Of a stretch of 64,000 nucleotides of DNA, positions 14,492 to 27,041 are shown piece after piece; position 1 is the first letter of the stretch, and each line of letters starts with the position of its first letter. The notes under the pieces were generated by a model that saw only the letters and a program-made list of their open reading frames with translations, ran no database searches and was not told the DNA's origin. The DNA lies in assembly GCA_051294375.1 (NCBI GenBank), contig JBJCIZ010000744.1:1807252-1871251 (forward strand), in the 5' to 3' direction. Origin of the DNA: Paraspadella gotoi. Its lineage: Eukaryota > Animalia > Chaetognatha. A program made the translations under genes and the position numbers.

Positions 14492-15932
14492 TTTCTTCTT
14501 CCTCACTAGTTTTCCCCCCTGGCTGTAGCTCCTCGCTCGTCTCGTGCCTCGACGTGGCTTTGGCTCCTCCTCCTCCTCCTCCTCTTTTTCCTCTTCCTCC
14601 TCCTCCTCCTCCTCTCCTCCTCTCTCTTGATTTCTCGGAGATTTTACGACGGTTTTCCTGCGCTCGTCTCTCTCTCTCTTTCTCTCTGTCTCTCTCTTTC
14701 TCTTTTCCCTTTCTCCAGTCCGTTCTCTCTTTTTTTTTCAACGTTCTCGTGTCGGGCAGAGCTGGTGGAGGCGCTGCCCGACAAGGCGCACGAGTTCGGG
14801 CAGCGACCAATTACGTGGAGAACAAACGGGCGCGTGGTTGTACGACGAGGCCACGCGGAACTATTTTTCAACGCCAGATAATTATAAAAAAAAATAGAAA
14901 AATCGAATTAGATATAATAAAAACCAACTAACAACAAAAAATATAAAAAAAATAATACTTCCTCTTCAAGCTCGATCGCCCGCTCCGCCCGACACACGAA
15001 TTGAATGGTAAAAATACCGCGGCTGCCCGACAAAAAAAATAAAAATAAAAAGAGCTCCGCCCACGCGAACCGACAGAAAAAAAAAAGGGGGAAAAAACAC
15101 TCGTCCGATATAAAAGAAAAAAGAAAGAAAGAAAAGAAAGAAAAGAAAAGAAAAAATGAAGAAAGCAAAAAGGAAAGTTGAATGGAATTAATTACGCGTT
15201 GGAATCCGAGAATTCACATCAACGGAAATAGAAAGATACGACAACGACGATAACGACAACAACGACGACGATAACGACAACAACGACGACGACCTGGTGG
15301 GAGAAAACAGATGAACAAACGACGATATTTTTTTAAAAAATGAATCGTTCATAGTATTTTTTCGATCCTGAGGTTAGCGTTCGTGTGAGAAGAAAATTGC
15401 AAAGTGGGTTGCAATTGACAGCAGGTGGTTGCGGCGCAATAAAAAAAAGAAAGAAGGTCACTGCGATAAAAAGGGAGAGACAGAGAACCGATAGAATAAT
15501 GACGATAAATCGTGTCATTTAATAAATAAAAAAAAAGAAGTTTCTTTTTAAAATTTCAGTTTTAAATGAGATTAGCATTTAGAACCGGTCGATATTTTTA
15601 CGAGTATTTTTTTTTTGTTATGAAAAAATATCAAGGAGCAGAAAATAAAAACTAGTATCTATAAATAGATTTTGAAATGTAAAAATAAGAATTTAAATCT
15701 ACGCAATAGAAATAAGGAGTCGATCTCTTCGACTCGGCGATTCGATCGTAAAGACTGAAGTATTTCAAACCGAAGTTATAAATTTGAATTTAAGCAGTTA
15801 ACGCTTAACTCCAGTTTCTGTCTCTCTTTTTTTGTTTAGTTCCCTTTCTGTCCTTTCAACTTTCTCTTTCTATCTTTTTTTAGTTCTTTACCTTTTTTCA
15901 GTTTTTATTCTCTACACACACTATATATATAT

Positions 15933-16009
<77 letters not shown>

Positions 16010-16079
16010 AATTGAAATACTTTTCCCAACGAATCCAAGTTTTTTCTAAAAAAAATATTCTCGATCTTATTCTAATTAA

Positions 16080-16148
<69 letters not shown>

Positions 16149-16270
16149 GGATGAAGTTCGCTTTTATTTTTTTACCTCTCGAATTTTGAGGCTCAGATTT
16201 TGAGATGTGGACTTTTAACTCGTCAACTTTTTTTTTCTCTCTCGCTGAAAACTCGCTGCTTCGACATCAG

Positions 16271-16341
<71 letters not shown>

Positions 16342-18065
16342 CGAAATTAAATGATTTTATGTTGTTATCGTTATTAAAAACAAGGACAAACAAAAACAAG
16401 GTGTTGTATTTTACAGAGAGAGAGAGTGCAAATGTGAGAGATTATTAATGATCAATAAAACAGTAATTTGTGGTTTTTTTGATACAGTTTTATTTAAAAA
16501 TATTGTAATTTTGACTATAATACTTTTTTACTCATTTTACTTTGCAGGATTTTATCTTCTTCTGAATTTCGGCGAAAAAATAATTTCTCGTCTTAAAAAA
16601 AGAAAAAGCAAAAAAACTTTGTGTGATTTTTTTGTTTTTTGTGTTTTTCTTTGCGAAGAAAAACAAGTTAAGTCCTCGTTTAAAACCGAATAGATTTTTC
16701 TCTGCTTTTTTTTTTTTTTATTAATTCTCTTTTGTCTGTGATTTCATTTCAGTGACACAAATTGAATTTCCATAATTCGAGTTACATACGAAAAAAAGTA
16801 ATTTTTTTAAAAAAAGATAAAAATATCTTGGAGAAAAAAAAAATATTAAATTTATTCGCTTCACCGGCATCGCCTCCATCTCGTGGTTAAAAAAAAACAC
16901 ATTCGATTTTTAAAAAAAAAAGTGAACAACACTCATTTAAAAAAAAAATCCGGATTTAAATGTAAAATAAAGATTCAAAGTTCCGGGATTTACAGAACAC
17001 ACACGAATAAAATGTTCTTTATACCACGATTTTGAATTTTTTTTAAATTAAATATTGACGCCATTTTTTGCCCCATTTTTTAGTCAATTTTTTTCGTCTC
17101 GATTATTGTTTATGTCGTACATATAAACACAAAATAGAACACATTCGTTACTTCAGCGTTTTTTCTCTTAATCCGCCTCCATCTTTTTATCTCTCTCTCT
17201 CTCTCTTTCCATTTTATCTCCATCTCCCTCCGTGTCTGTCAGTCTGTCGTTTACTAAAAAAAAAAGACCCAACTTTGGAGAAGGTTTTCATACTAAATAA
17301 AATTAACTTTCACTCTATGAATTTATACTAAAAATTAATTCCGATTAATCGCAATTCCGAAGTATTTATTAAAAAAAACAAAACCACATCTGTGTCTTCG
17401 AAATTTTCCGTTTCTCATCTTCGTCGTTGAATTAATAATTATAATAAATATTATTAGTAATAATTAATAATATTAGTAATAATTCTTGTCATCTTCTCTT
17501 TACTTAAAAAAAATTACGTGATTTTCCTTGATTTCTCTTAAAAAAAAAAAACAACCGAACGGAGAACAAGAAAAAAGAAATTAGATTGGATGTAATACGA
17601 AAAAAAAAAGTTTAAAAAATATTAATCTTCCTCCAGAATTTGAATAAAATTCACGAAAAAAAAGTAAAAAAAAAGAAGAAATTCTCTGACGACGTCGCTT
17701 CTACTTCATCAGGAAAAAAAAAAAAGAAGAAGTATTGTAAAAATCCTACTCTACAGGGTGATCGACAAAAAAAAAAAAAAAGAGAGAAAAAATTGAAACA
17801 AAAGGGGAAAAAAATAAATAAATAGATACGTGCAACGTCCTCTCGCGACCACGCCCGGTTATTTTTCTCCCCTACCTCTTGCGCCCGCGTAAAGCGAAAG
17901 GAGAGGGCGCGACAATCGATCCAAAGCCTAAAGTGAAACCTTCGCCGCCGCCGCCGCCGCAGCCGCCGCAGCCGCCGCCTCCCACGCTGCGTCAATGTCA
18001 ATAAGCAATTCTCCGCTGCCTCCTTTCCAGTACCACGCGGGATTGCCCTTTCCTTCTTCTCTCAG

Positions 18066-18147
<82 letters not shown>

Positions 18148-18697
18148 AAAAGTTGGTTGTGCCGGGTTCAAAAGTAATTTGTTTTGAAACAAGTTTGAGC
18201 AAACAATGTCGGATCTGCCTACGATAATTAATTAATTAATTGATAATTAATTAATTAATAGATTAATTAATTAATTAATTAATAGATTAATTATAATTTA
18301 TATTCAGCTTGTCATCATCGATGTCCTTAAAATTGAGTCAGGACAGTTATTAAATGTTTGTTTACATTTTATCAAAACAAACAAATATCCTCTATTATCG
18401 AGCCAGGCGGGCAAAGCCCGTCTGTCTAGATTTTTTTTCGGTTTAGCTTTCGGTCTCGCTTTTTTGCAATCATGGCTTCTGAAAGTGTGATATCATAGGG
18501 AGTTAAATTTCTATATATGGCTTCTAATCATCAAGATCTTTAAAATTCTCTGTTTCATATCAATATTGGTATTTGTTTATGTTTTATTTACAAAACAAAA
18601 ACGTTTTAATTATATGTCGCTCTCTCTCTCTCTCTTTTTCTCCGTCACTGCTTCTTCTAAAAACGAGTTCCGGCTCTGCACGTCTGTCCAGCTTCTT

Positions 18698-18731
<34 letters not shown>

Positions 18732-18786
18732 TTTTTTTTATAAAAAATTTTTAGATATAATGTGGGTTCACTAATGTAAAAAACGA

Positions 18787-18853
18787 TGCCGCGAACAGGG
18801 CGCGAACCCGGGTCTTTGGGTAGAGAATAGCTCACGCTACGTGCGGCGCCATA
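18787..18853 (-). mobile_element. tRNA-derived SINE-like head (degenerate)
   Basis: Minus strand reads TGGCGCCGCACGTAGCGTGAG...ACCCAAAGACCCGGGTTCGCGCCCTG. It has a B-box-like GGTTCGCGCCC and resembles the 36851-36918 and 26950-26981 segments. Confidence 0.45.
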
Positions 18854-19179
18854 AGTACTGCTGATTTTTAACGAGTAAAGGGGCTGTAGAGCTTCTCTCT
18901 CTCTCTCTCTCTCTTTCAATTATTATATATCGCTCTTTCTCTTTCTCTTTTTCTCTGCAGCGGCTGTCTCTCTCTCTCTCTCTTTTTTCTCTCTCTCTCT
19001 CTGTCTCCTCTGTGTGTGTCTGTCCCTATCTGTCCGATCTTTTGCGTGATCGTTTGTTTTTGAAAAATTCTGATTATTTTTTTCCTTCTAAAAACTTTTT
19101 ATTATTGCCATTTATTCCGCGCTTTTTTTTCAATACAAAATCCATATTTTCATCCGAATTTTCGTGGATTTATTCTCTT

Positions 19180-19222
<43 letters not shown>

Positions 19223-19228
19223 TTTCTT

Positions 19229-19282
<54 letters not shown>

Positions 19283-19315
19283 ACTCATACACGCATTTGT
19301 TTGTTTTATTGACTA

Positions 19316-19520
19316 TATCGCATCAATGAATGACAATCATCGCATCAATGAATGACAATCATCGCATCACTGAATGACTATCATCACAGCAGTGAATGAC
19401 TATCATCGCATCAATAATTGATTATCATCGAATCAATAATCAATTCCTATTACATCAATAAATTACTATTACATCAATCAATTAGTATTACCTCAATCAA
19501 TTACTAGTACATCAACAATT
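19316..19520. repeat. ~22 bp degenerate minisatellite (CATCAATGAATGACAATCATCG)
   Basis: Tandem units decaying toward the 3' end. Confidence 0.8.
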
Positions 19521-19789
19521 CGTTATCGCATGATTCATTCGTTTTTTTTCCCGGTTTTTTTCATTATTTTCTATGATAGTGGGCTCTGGCTCGATCTTGA
19601 GTCTTTTAAGATTTTTTTATTTTATGTCTCCTTCTCTCTCTCTCTCTTCTCACTCTCTCTCTTTCTCTCTCTCTCACTCTTCTCTTTCTCTCTCTCTCTC
19701 TCTCTCTTCTCTTTTATGCAATAGCGACGATCCTTATGCTTTTTAAGATTTTTTTAACTTGCATCATTTTTTTAACTTGCATATTTTTT

Positions 19790-20945
19790 TCAAACTTGCA
19801 TTCCGTCAAAACTTTATATCTAGCTTCTTTCACTCACTTTCCTACCGGCTCACAAAATTTCATCTCAATCTATCATGGGTTAAAATAAATAAAAGATTCA
19901 AGTAAATGTGACTCATATTTTTTTCATTTAAACTCATTTCCACTGGTACGTTTCCACTGAAACTTTATATCAAGCTTCGTCATACGTTTTCCTACCCACA
20001 CACAAAATTTCAACTCAATCTATCCATCCAATTATGATTAATTGGAGTATTTATTGGTTTAAAATAAGTAAAAAGATTTTAGTAAATTCGACTTATATTT
20101 TTTCCATTTAAACTAATTTCCACTCACACGATTCCATCGAAATTTTATATCCAGCTTTATCACACACTTTCCTACCCACACACACAAAATTTAATTCCAA
20201 TCCAACCAGCCAATCACGAGTTATTGGAGCTTTTTGCTAAGATGGGACGGATGGACGGATTGATTGACTAATTAATTAATTATTGATTAATTTATTTACT
20301 AATTGATTAATTTAACTGATTAATTATTTGATTTATTAATACATCCTGCAGTTACATTTAATATAAAAGGAAAAAGAAGCATAATCAATTAGTAAAAAAC
20401 AGGTTTTTTGTTTTTTTCCATTTAAACTCATTTCCACTCAAACTATTCCATCGAAACTTGATTTCCTGTTCAATCACACACTTTCCTACCCACATACAAA
20501 ATTCAGGTCAATCAGCCCATCCACTCATGAGCAATTGGTGTTCAAATAGTGAATATATTTTTTTTTGTTTTTTTCCATTTAAACTCATTTCCACTCGGAC
20601 GATTCCATCGAAACTTAATATCCAGCTCAATCACACACTTACCATTCCACACACAAAATTTCATTTAAATCCATCCATCCAATCACGAGTAATTGGTGTT
20701 TTTTGCTAAGGTGGGACGGACGGACGGACGGACGCGACGACGGAGGACGGACGGACGGACAGACGAGACGGACGGAAGACGGACATCATTTTTTTGCATA
20801 ATTTATCATAATTCGATGTTCTGACATGATATAAGTGTGTGCCCGGACAATATTGAGGGGCGGACCGACGAACGGACCGAAAAAGTGAGTTATAAAAAGG
20901 AGTTATAGAGTCGGGATCTGCTGATAAGCAGATCCGACTAAAAAA
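19790..20945 (-). mobile_element. HINE/pearl-like element, second family, carrying an internal tandem array
   Basis: Terminal hairpin AGTCGGGATCTGC-TGATAA-GCAGATCCGACT (20909-20939) next to an A-run. On the minus strand it shares the ACTCTATAA..TCACTTTTTCGGTC box with family A. It has a (GGAC)n microsatellite at ~20714-20783 and about five diverged 120-180 bp units (TTTTCCATTTAAACTCATTTCCACT...CCTACCCACACACAAAATTT). Confidence 0.6.
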
Positions 20946-21184
20946 GCAAAGAAAAACAGGCTACTAATTTTTTTCAAATGTATATAATTGAGATTACTAC
21001 AATATGCTTTTAAGAAAAAAAAAGCACTAGAAGAGACTGTATCACTCATTTTTTTACCCGTGACACAATTTTGACTCACGAAAAGTTTTGAAATAACTTT
21101 TTTTAAAAGTTGGGCAGCGAGAATCAAATAAAGCTTTCAAGGATTTTTAACGAAAATTGGGGGAAAAAACTCTCTTCTCCCGGC

Positions 21185-21226
<42 letters not shown>

Positions 21227-21715
21227 GAGAGAGAGAGAGAGATCATGATATGCTATAAAGTTTTCTCATTCTATAATAAATAAATGATAATAAAAAATAA
21301 AAAAAAATAAAAAAATCGAAAATTATCCTCGTGCACGAGTTTTTTTCGATCTTCGATTCCAAAACGGATGAGTCGAAATAAAAAAAAAAAAACATTGAAA
21401 TCCACGATTCAGTTTTTTTTCTTTTTCGAATCTGACAGATTTAAAAAAAAACATTAATAAAAAAATCAAGCCTACATCCTAAATTAAAACATGATGAACC
21501 TAATTCAGATTCGCTTCAAAAACAAATCGCAGATACAAAATTATTTTTTGGGGGTTTTAAAATAGAACCGACAAATTTAGATGGGTTGCGACGAATTGAC
21601 TTAATTGTTAATTGTTAATTGTTAATATACATACTATATATATATATATATGTATAGTATGTATATACTATGAAAATAAAATCAAGGTTAAAGATTTGGA
21701 TTAGAAATTACGATT

Positions 21716-21930
21716 AAGGGTTTAGGGTTTGGGATTAGGATTAGAATTAGGATTAAAAATTAGGAATAAAGGTTTAGGGTTTGGGATTAGAATTAAGAAT
21801 TAAGATTACAAATTAGGAATAAGAGTTTAGGGTTGGGATTAGGATTAGAATTAGGATTAAAAATTAGGATTAAAAGTTTAGGATTTGAGATAAGGATTAT
21901 AATTAAGATTATAATTAGGCTTAGGGATTA
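21716..21930 (+). repeat. Degenerate telomere-like hexamer array (TTAGGG/TTAGGA/TTAGAA)
   Basis: Six-nt periodicity with TTAGGG variants. Confidence 0.7.
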
Positions 21931-22260
21931 GTTAATAACTTTAAAAAACATATTTAAATTAAATATTATGATTAAAATTAAATTGTGAGAGAAATGGGTC
22001 ACTCGGAGAAGAGAGTCGAAATGTTTTGTTTTTTTTATACGTGGGTGTCTTCCAGAATATTGCGATACACAGATATGGAAAACTGACAATTCACAACTTG
22101 TATCATTAATGTATTGACTATTGACCCTAACTTTTTTTTCGGTCTAAACTTTCTGGCCAAACGACTTTTAATAATTGAGCCAAAAGGACAAGAGTGAAAT
22201 TTGTGTGAGGAATTTTCATCGAAGGTCGCTGAACCAAATTATTTTCAAAACGATCTCCGT

Positions 22261-22293
<33 letters not shown>

Positions 22294-22770
22294 TTTAAAC
22301 TCAACTAGGATAATAGTAAATATATATAAAGAAACTAATGTACACGATTGATTATTCTATTGATAAATACAATTCTTACTCTAAAATCGTTTTATTTAAT
22401 AATCAAAAAGTTTTGTTCGTAATCTTTCCTGTGTTTGTCCGTTTTCGTGCGGACTTTCTCGTACAAACGAGACGTCACTCGTTACGGTTGTCATAATTGT
22501 CACGTATTCGTCGTCGTCGTCGTCGTCGTCGTCGACATCACGTGACTATAAATATTAAAAAAAACAACAAAGTTCCTGTTTAGTATCTCACTTATTACTT
22601 TTATCGCCCTCTATGAATTCGAATTAAAAACAAAAAGACAAAAAATAAATAAATCCTAAAAAAAAACCTTAAAACTTTTTTTTTACTTTTTTTTTTCACC
22701 GAATCGTTAAAAGTAATTTATGTTTGGGAGCAGCAGCTTTTTTCTTTCTTTCTTTTTTTTTTCTTTGCTA

Positions 22771-22821
<51 letters not shown>

Positions 22822-22866
22822 GCTTTGCTTCTTTTTTTCTTAGCTTCTTTTATTCTTTGGTTTCGT

Positions 22867-22903
<37 letters not shown>

Positions 22904-22908
22904 TTTCT

Positions 22909-22948
<40 letters not shown>

Positions 22949-23538
22949 TATACTTTTTTTGAGCCGGTTGCCCCCCTCGGTGGCAGTTTAGGTGTACTGT
23001 CTGAGCCAGCGCCCGCTCGAAATTTAAACGTCTCGGATTAAGTTGTGTGTGTTGGTCCCCAGTGTGTGTGTCGATTCGCGGTTTATCAAGTTAAATTTTT
23101 TTCTTGAGTTTTTTTTTATGTGTGTGTGTATACGTGTGTAAGCGTCTTGTGTGTGGGGACACGCAATCATCCGCCTCTTCATTTTTTTTTCCTCATTTCC
23201 GACAAATTATTTTTTTTTAAAAGTTGAATGACTGAACTATCAACGGATGAATCAGCTTAACGTTTTGGTCTGGCTAACTGTCTGTCTGTCTCTCTTTCTC
23301 TCTGTCTCTCTTTCTTTCACTTTTTTTTCCAGTTTTTTAAAGTTCTTCGATTAAAACAACTCGTTTTAAATCTCCTCGGTTCGTTCTCTCTCTCTCTCTT
23401 TCTCTCTTTTTCTCTCTCTCTTTTTCTCTCTCTCTCTCTCTGCGGAATTATCATTAATCTACCGAAAGTTTCGCGTTGTTTTTCCGGCCCTTTCCTCTCT
23501 CTCTCTTCTTCTCTCTCTTCTCCTCTCCCTTCTCTTCG

Positions 23539-23575
<37 letters not shown>

Positions 23576-24088
23576 ATCTCTCTTATATTGAAAACGACAC
23601 TTCATGCAAATATAACGAGAAACATTTTTTTTGGGAGGAGAGAGAGAGAGAAGAGTAGAGAGAAAGAGAGAGAGAGAGGATAGAAGAGGAGGAGAGAGAG
23701 AGAGAGAGAGATGGGAGAGAGAGATTAGAAAGAGAGAGAGAGAGGCAATACAAACTGTTTCATGTCAATTATCACGAATTGAAAAATGTCAACTAAATAA
23801 TTTGTGTTTTCATTCCCTATATTTTTTTCACCAACGAAAAAAACTGCGATAAAAAAGAAAAAAAGAAAAAGAAAAAAGAAAAATTGTCTCCGAATTTCAA
23901 TGATTCACCGATCGCTATATTTTGTGTGTGTGTGTTTATGTGTGGGTCAATCGTTAATTTGTTCAAAGTTCACAAACTTTTAACGAACTTTTAAGTTCAC
24001 CGATTTCTTCTTTCATATTCTGTCCGTTTGTAAATTAAAAAACACTGCGCGCCCCAGCCTGAACATTTTTTTTTGTTATCTAAAACCC

Positions 24089-24159
<71 letters not shown>

Positions 24160-24240
24160 GTGTAATTGAATTTTCTCCAAGCTTCGACCAGATATAGATT
24201 TTTCTGCGTATCGCACTTTCACTTTCGCTCTCTCTCTCTG

Positions 24241-24306
<66 letters not shown>

Positions 24307-24443
24307 TAGTTTACATTCGTTGGCGAGCAAACAAGTACATTAGTCCAAAAACGAACATAATTTTGTGGATCATACACGCGCACACTTTTCTGCATTTGAG
24401 CTGTGAGAGTTTATGTGTTTTTTGAGAGAGAGAGAGAGAGACA

Positions 24444-24479
<36 letters not shown>

Positions 24480-24561
24480 CGATCCATCATCGCCAAAACG
24501 TCACGATTCTGTTTTTCTTAGTTTTTCTCTGTTTTTCTATTTTCTCTTCTAAGCTCATTCT

Positions 24562-24602
<41 letters not shown>

Positions 24603-24745
24603 AAATCATAAAGGGGAAAAAAACTTAACTTGATCAACCCGTTTTAGTCGAGTTAAAAAAAAAAATTGTTGCCGCGGAACTTGTCTCGCAAAGCCCAACC
24701 CACCCTCGAGGCGAAGATCGCTGAAAGAGAAAAAACACAACTGAA

Positions 24746-24798
<53 letters not shown>

Positions 24799-25824
24799 AT
24801 TTAATGCCCACGCATGATCACCTGAGCAGTCATTCGACAAAGAGAGAGAGAGAGAGACAGAGAGTGAAATGAGAGCGGGGAAAAAAACGAGAAAGAGAGA
24901 GAGAGAGAGAGAAAAAAAAATCAGAAATGAATTAGCATTTGAAAGCGAGCAGCTGTATTAAAGGCCGACGCCCAACATTAGTTTTGCTTTTACAATCAAT
25001 TAATTCTTTCCTTAATTTTCCAAGAGATTTTATGGAGATTTATATCTTTATGATTCAGCAGACGATTTTTGAAATGATTATTTTGAATCAATTTTTATAT
25101 GATTTAAATACTATTTTTTAAACTTAAACGGATATCTGTTTCGATATTTTTACGTTTGACTCTCTCTTTCTCTCACTATCTTCCAAAACTTCAAAAAAAA
25201 AAAAAATCAGTCAACAAATTGGATGATAACACAGATACTGGGAAATAATGACTTAAAATGACTACCGGATCTTTTTATAACAAAAAATATTGCGCATTCC
25301 CAACAAAATTTTTAATATTGAGATATCGTTAATTATTATCGTTATATTGGTTAAGTAGGCTTAGGACGTTTCAAAGTATTGTTATCACTGACAACATTTT
25401 TTTTAAAATTAATTTTATTAGCTATTTTTGTTCTACATCAACAATTTACTTTTACCATCAAATTTGTACTAAAAATTATTTTCATTATCAATCCTACATT
25501 GCCCCATCTTTCCTTTCCTTACCTTTCCTTTCCTTACCTTTCCTCAAAAACCCTTCCTTTTCATTTTTCTACCTTCCCCTCTTCCCCCTGCCCTCCTCCC
25601 ACCTTCCCTCCTTCCCCCCTATCCTCCTACCACCTTTCCCCCTACCCACCTCCCACCTTCCCCCCCTTCTAAAAAAAAACCCAAAAAGCGGCGGCTCGTT
25701 CTATCCCACGTTCTACCCCGCGCACTTGTCGCCGACCGCAGCGGGTACTCCGCCCGCCTCTTCGGCCCCGCCCACTTCCGCTGCTGCCGCCGCAGCCGCA
25801 GCCGCTTCGCCCGCCTCTTCCGTC

Positions 25825-25840
25825 ATGACAGCGACGCCAG
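25825..25840 (+). CDS. mbl: Candidate upstream mbl coding exon segment (ATG ACA GCG ACG CCA G|gtgagc)
   Basis: ATG at 25825 lies in a GC-rich island and is followed by a strong CAG|GTGAGC donor in phase 1. The 35010 exon starts in phase 1 (TG GTG AAC ATG), so the join gives MTATPVVNM..., resembling the fly Mbl N-terminus (MANVVNM...). A possible acceptor at 25740-25741 would make a 99-nt exon, 25742-25840. Confidence 0.55.
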
Positions 25841-26985
25841 GTGAGCGGAAAAAAGTCGTAACGGTTTTTTTTTTTCGTTTTTGTTTTGTGTTTTTTTTTT
25901 ATTTTTCTTCGGTTCTAAGTTAGATTCAGGATGTTTTGTTTTTTTTCTTTCTTTCTCTTGCTTTTTTTTTAGTTTTTTTTTTTGTTTCGCATTCGGCTCT
26001 GTTTTGTCTCTCCCCCCCCGCGCTTCTCGAAACTGTTTCTTTTCACTCACGTGATCAGTAAAATAAAATAAAAAAATAGCGTGAGATTTTTCTTTTTTTA
26101 GCCAATTAACCAGTTAACTCGCGTTGACTTCGGGTTAAAAGATTCGTTGTCAATCAAGTTTTTTTTTATTTGTTATTTTTATTTTCATTTTTTTTGAAAA
26201 AAAAATTTAAAACTTTTTGTAAAATTTTATCAAAAAAAGAAACAAAAAAAATAAACATAAACATAAACATAAAAATAAACAAAGTGGTAAAGAAAGCTAA
26301 CGGATTTGTCTTCATTCAAAATTATAATCTTGGGTCAAAATCATTTTCGTAATTCGTTATGAAGACAAAGAAATCGGGGTCAGGTTACGTTCGAGTCGCA
26401 TCTACGAATATTTACGATAAATTACCATAAATTAACGATCCTAACTTATATATTATGATATATACGTCTTAAATATGCTTTTGCGCGACTAGTGAAGTCA
26501 ATAACTGTCGACAGATGGCGTCCATTCACTTTTTCAAACTCGCGCTGATCAACGACAGAAGATATTTCCATCTTTTTATCAATGTCTCTGTCTGTCTGTC
26601 TCTCTCTCNNNNNNNNNNTCTCTCTCTCTCTCTCTCATTCTGCAAAGGCAAAGAGATAGTTTTTTTTCCCCACCTATCATCAAAGTGACGTTCTCTGAAC
26701 GGGGGAACAAAAACTTAACATAAACAAACCAGGAAATAACAACGAAAACGACGACGACAAAAACCCCGTTTTTGTCTGCTGTCGCCTTTTGCGAGCCTCG
26801 TTTTCAGTTCGTTTACCTTTTGTTTTTTCACTCACAAAAATATTTTTTCGAGAGACTATTGGTGACACGTTCACTTTACCGCCGCAAGACGAAGCTGCCG
26901 TCTCGATTGTTTAATAGCGGTACTTTTTAGAGTCGGAGGTAACAGGGGCTCCTCCCAACCCATGAAACTCGGGTTCGCGCCTACC

Positions 26986-27041
26986 GGGTAGGCGGGTAGG
27001 CGGGTAGGCGGGTAGGCGGGTAGGCGGGTAGGCGGGTAGGC
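26986..27041 (+). repeat. (GGGTAGGC)7 octamer repeat, G-quadruplex-compatible
   Basis: Seven GGG runs with 5-nt loops. Confidence 0.85.

Noticed and set aside
14760-14881. Coding-looking peptide ELVEALPDKAHEFGQRPITW
   Set aside because: No recognisable homology and no clear donor; the GC-richness is explained by repeated inverted motifs.
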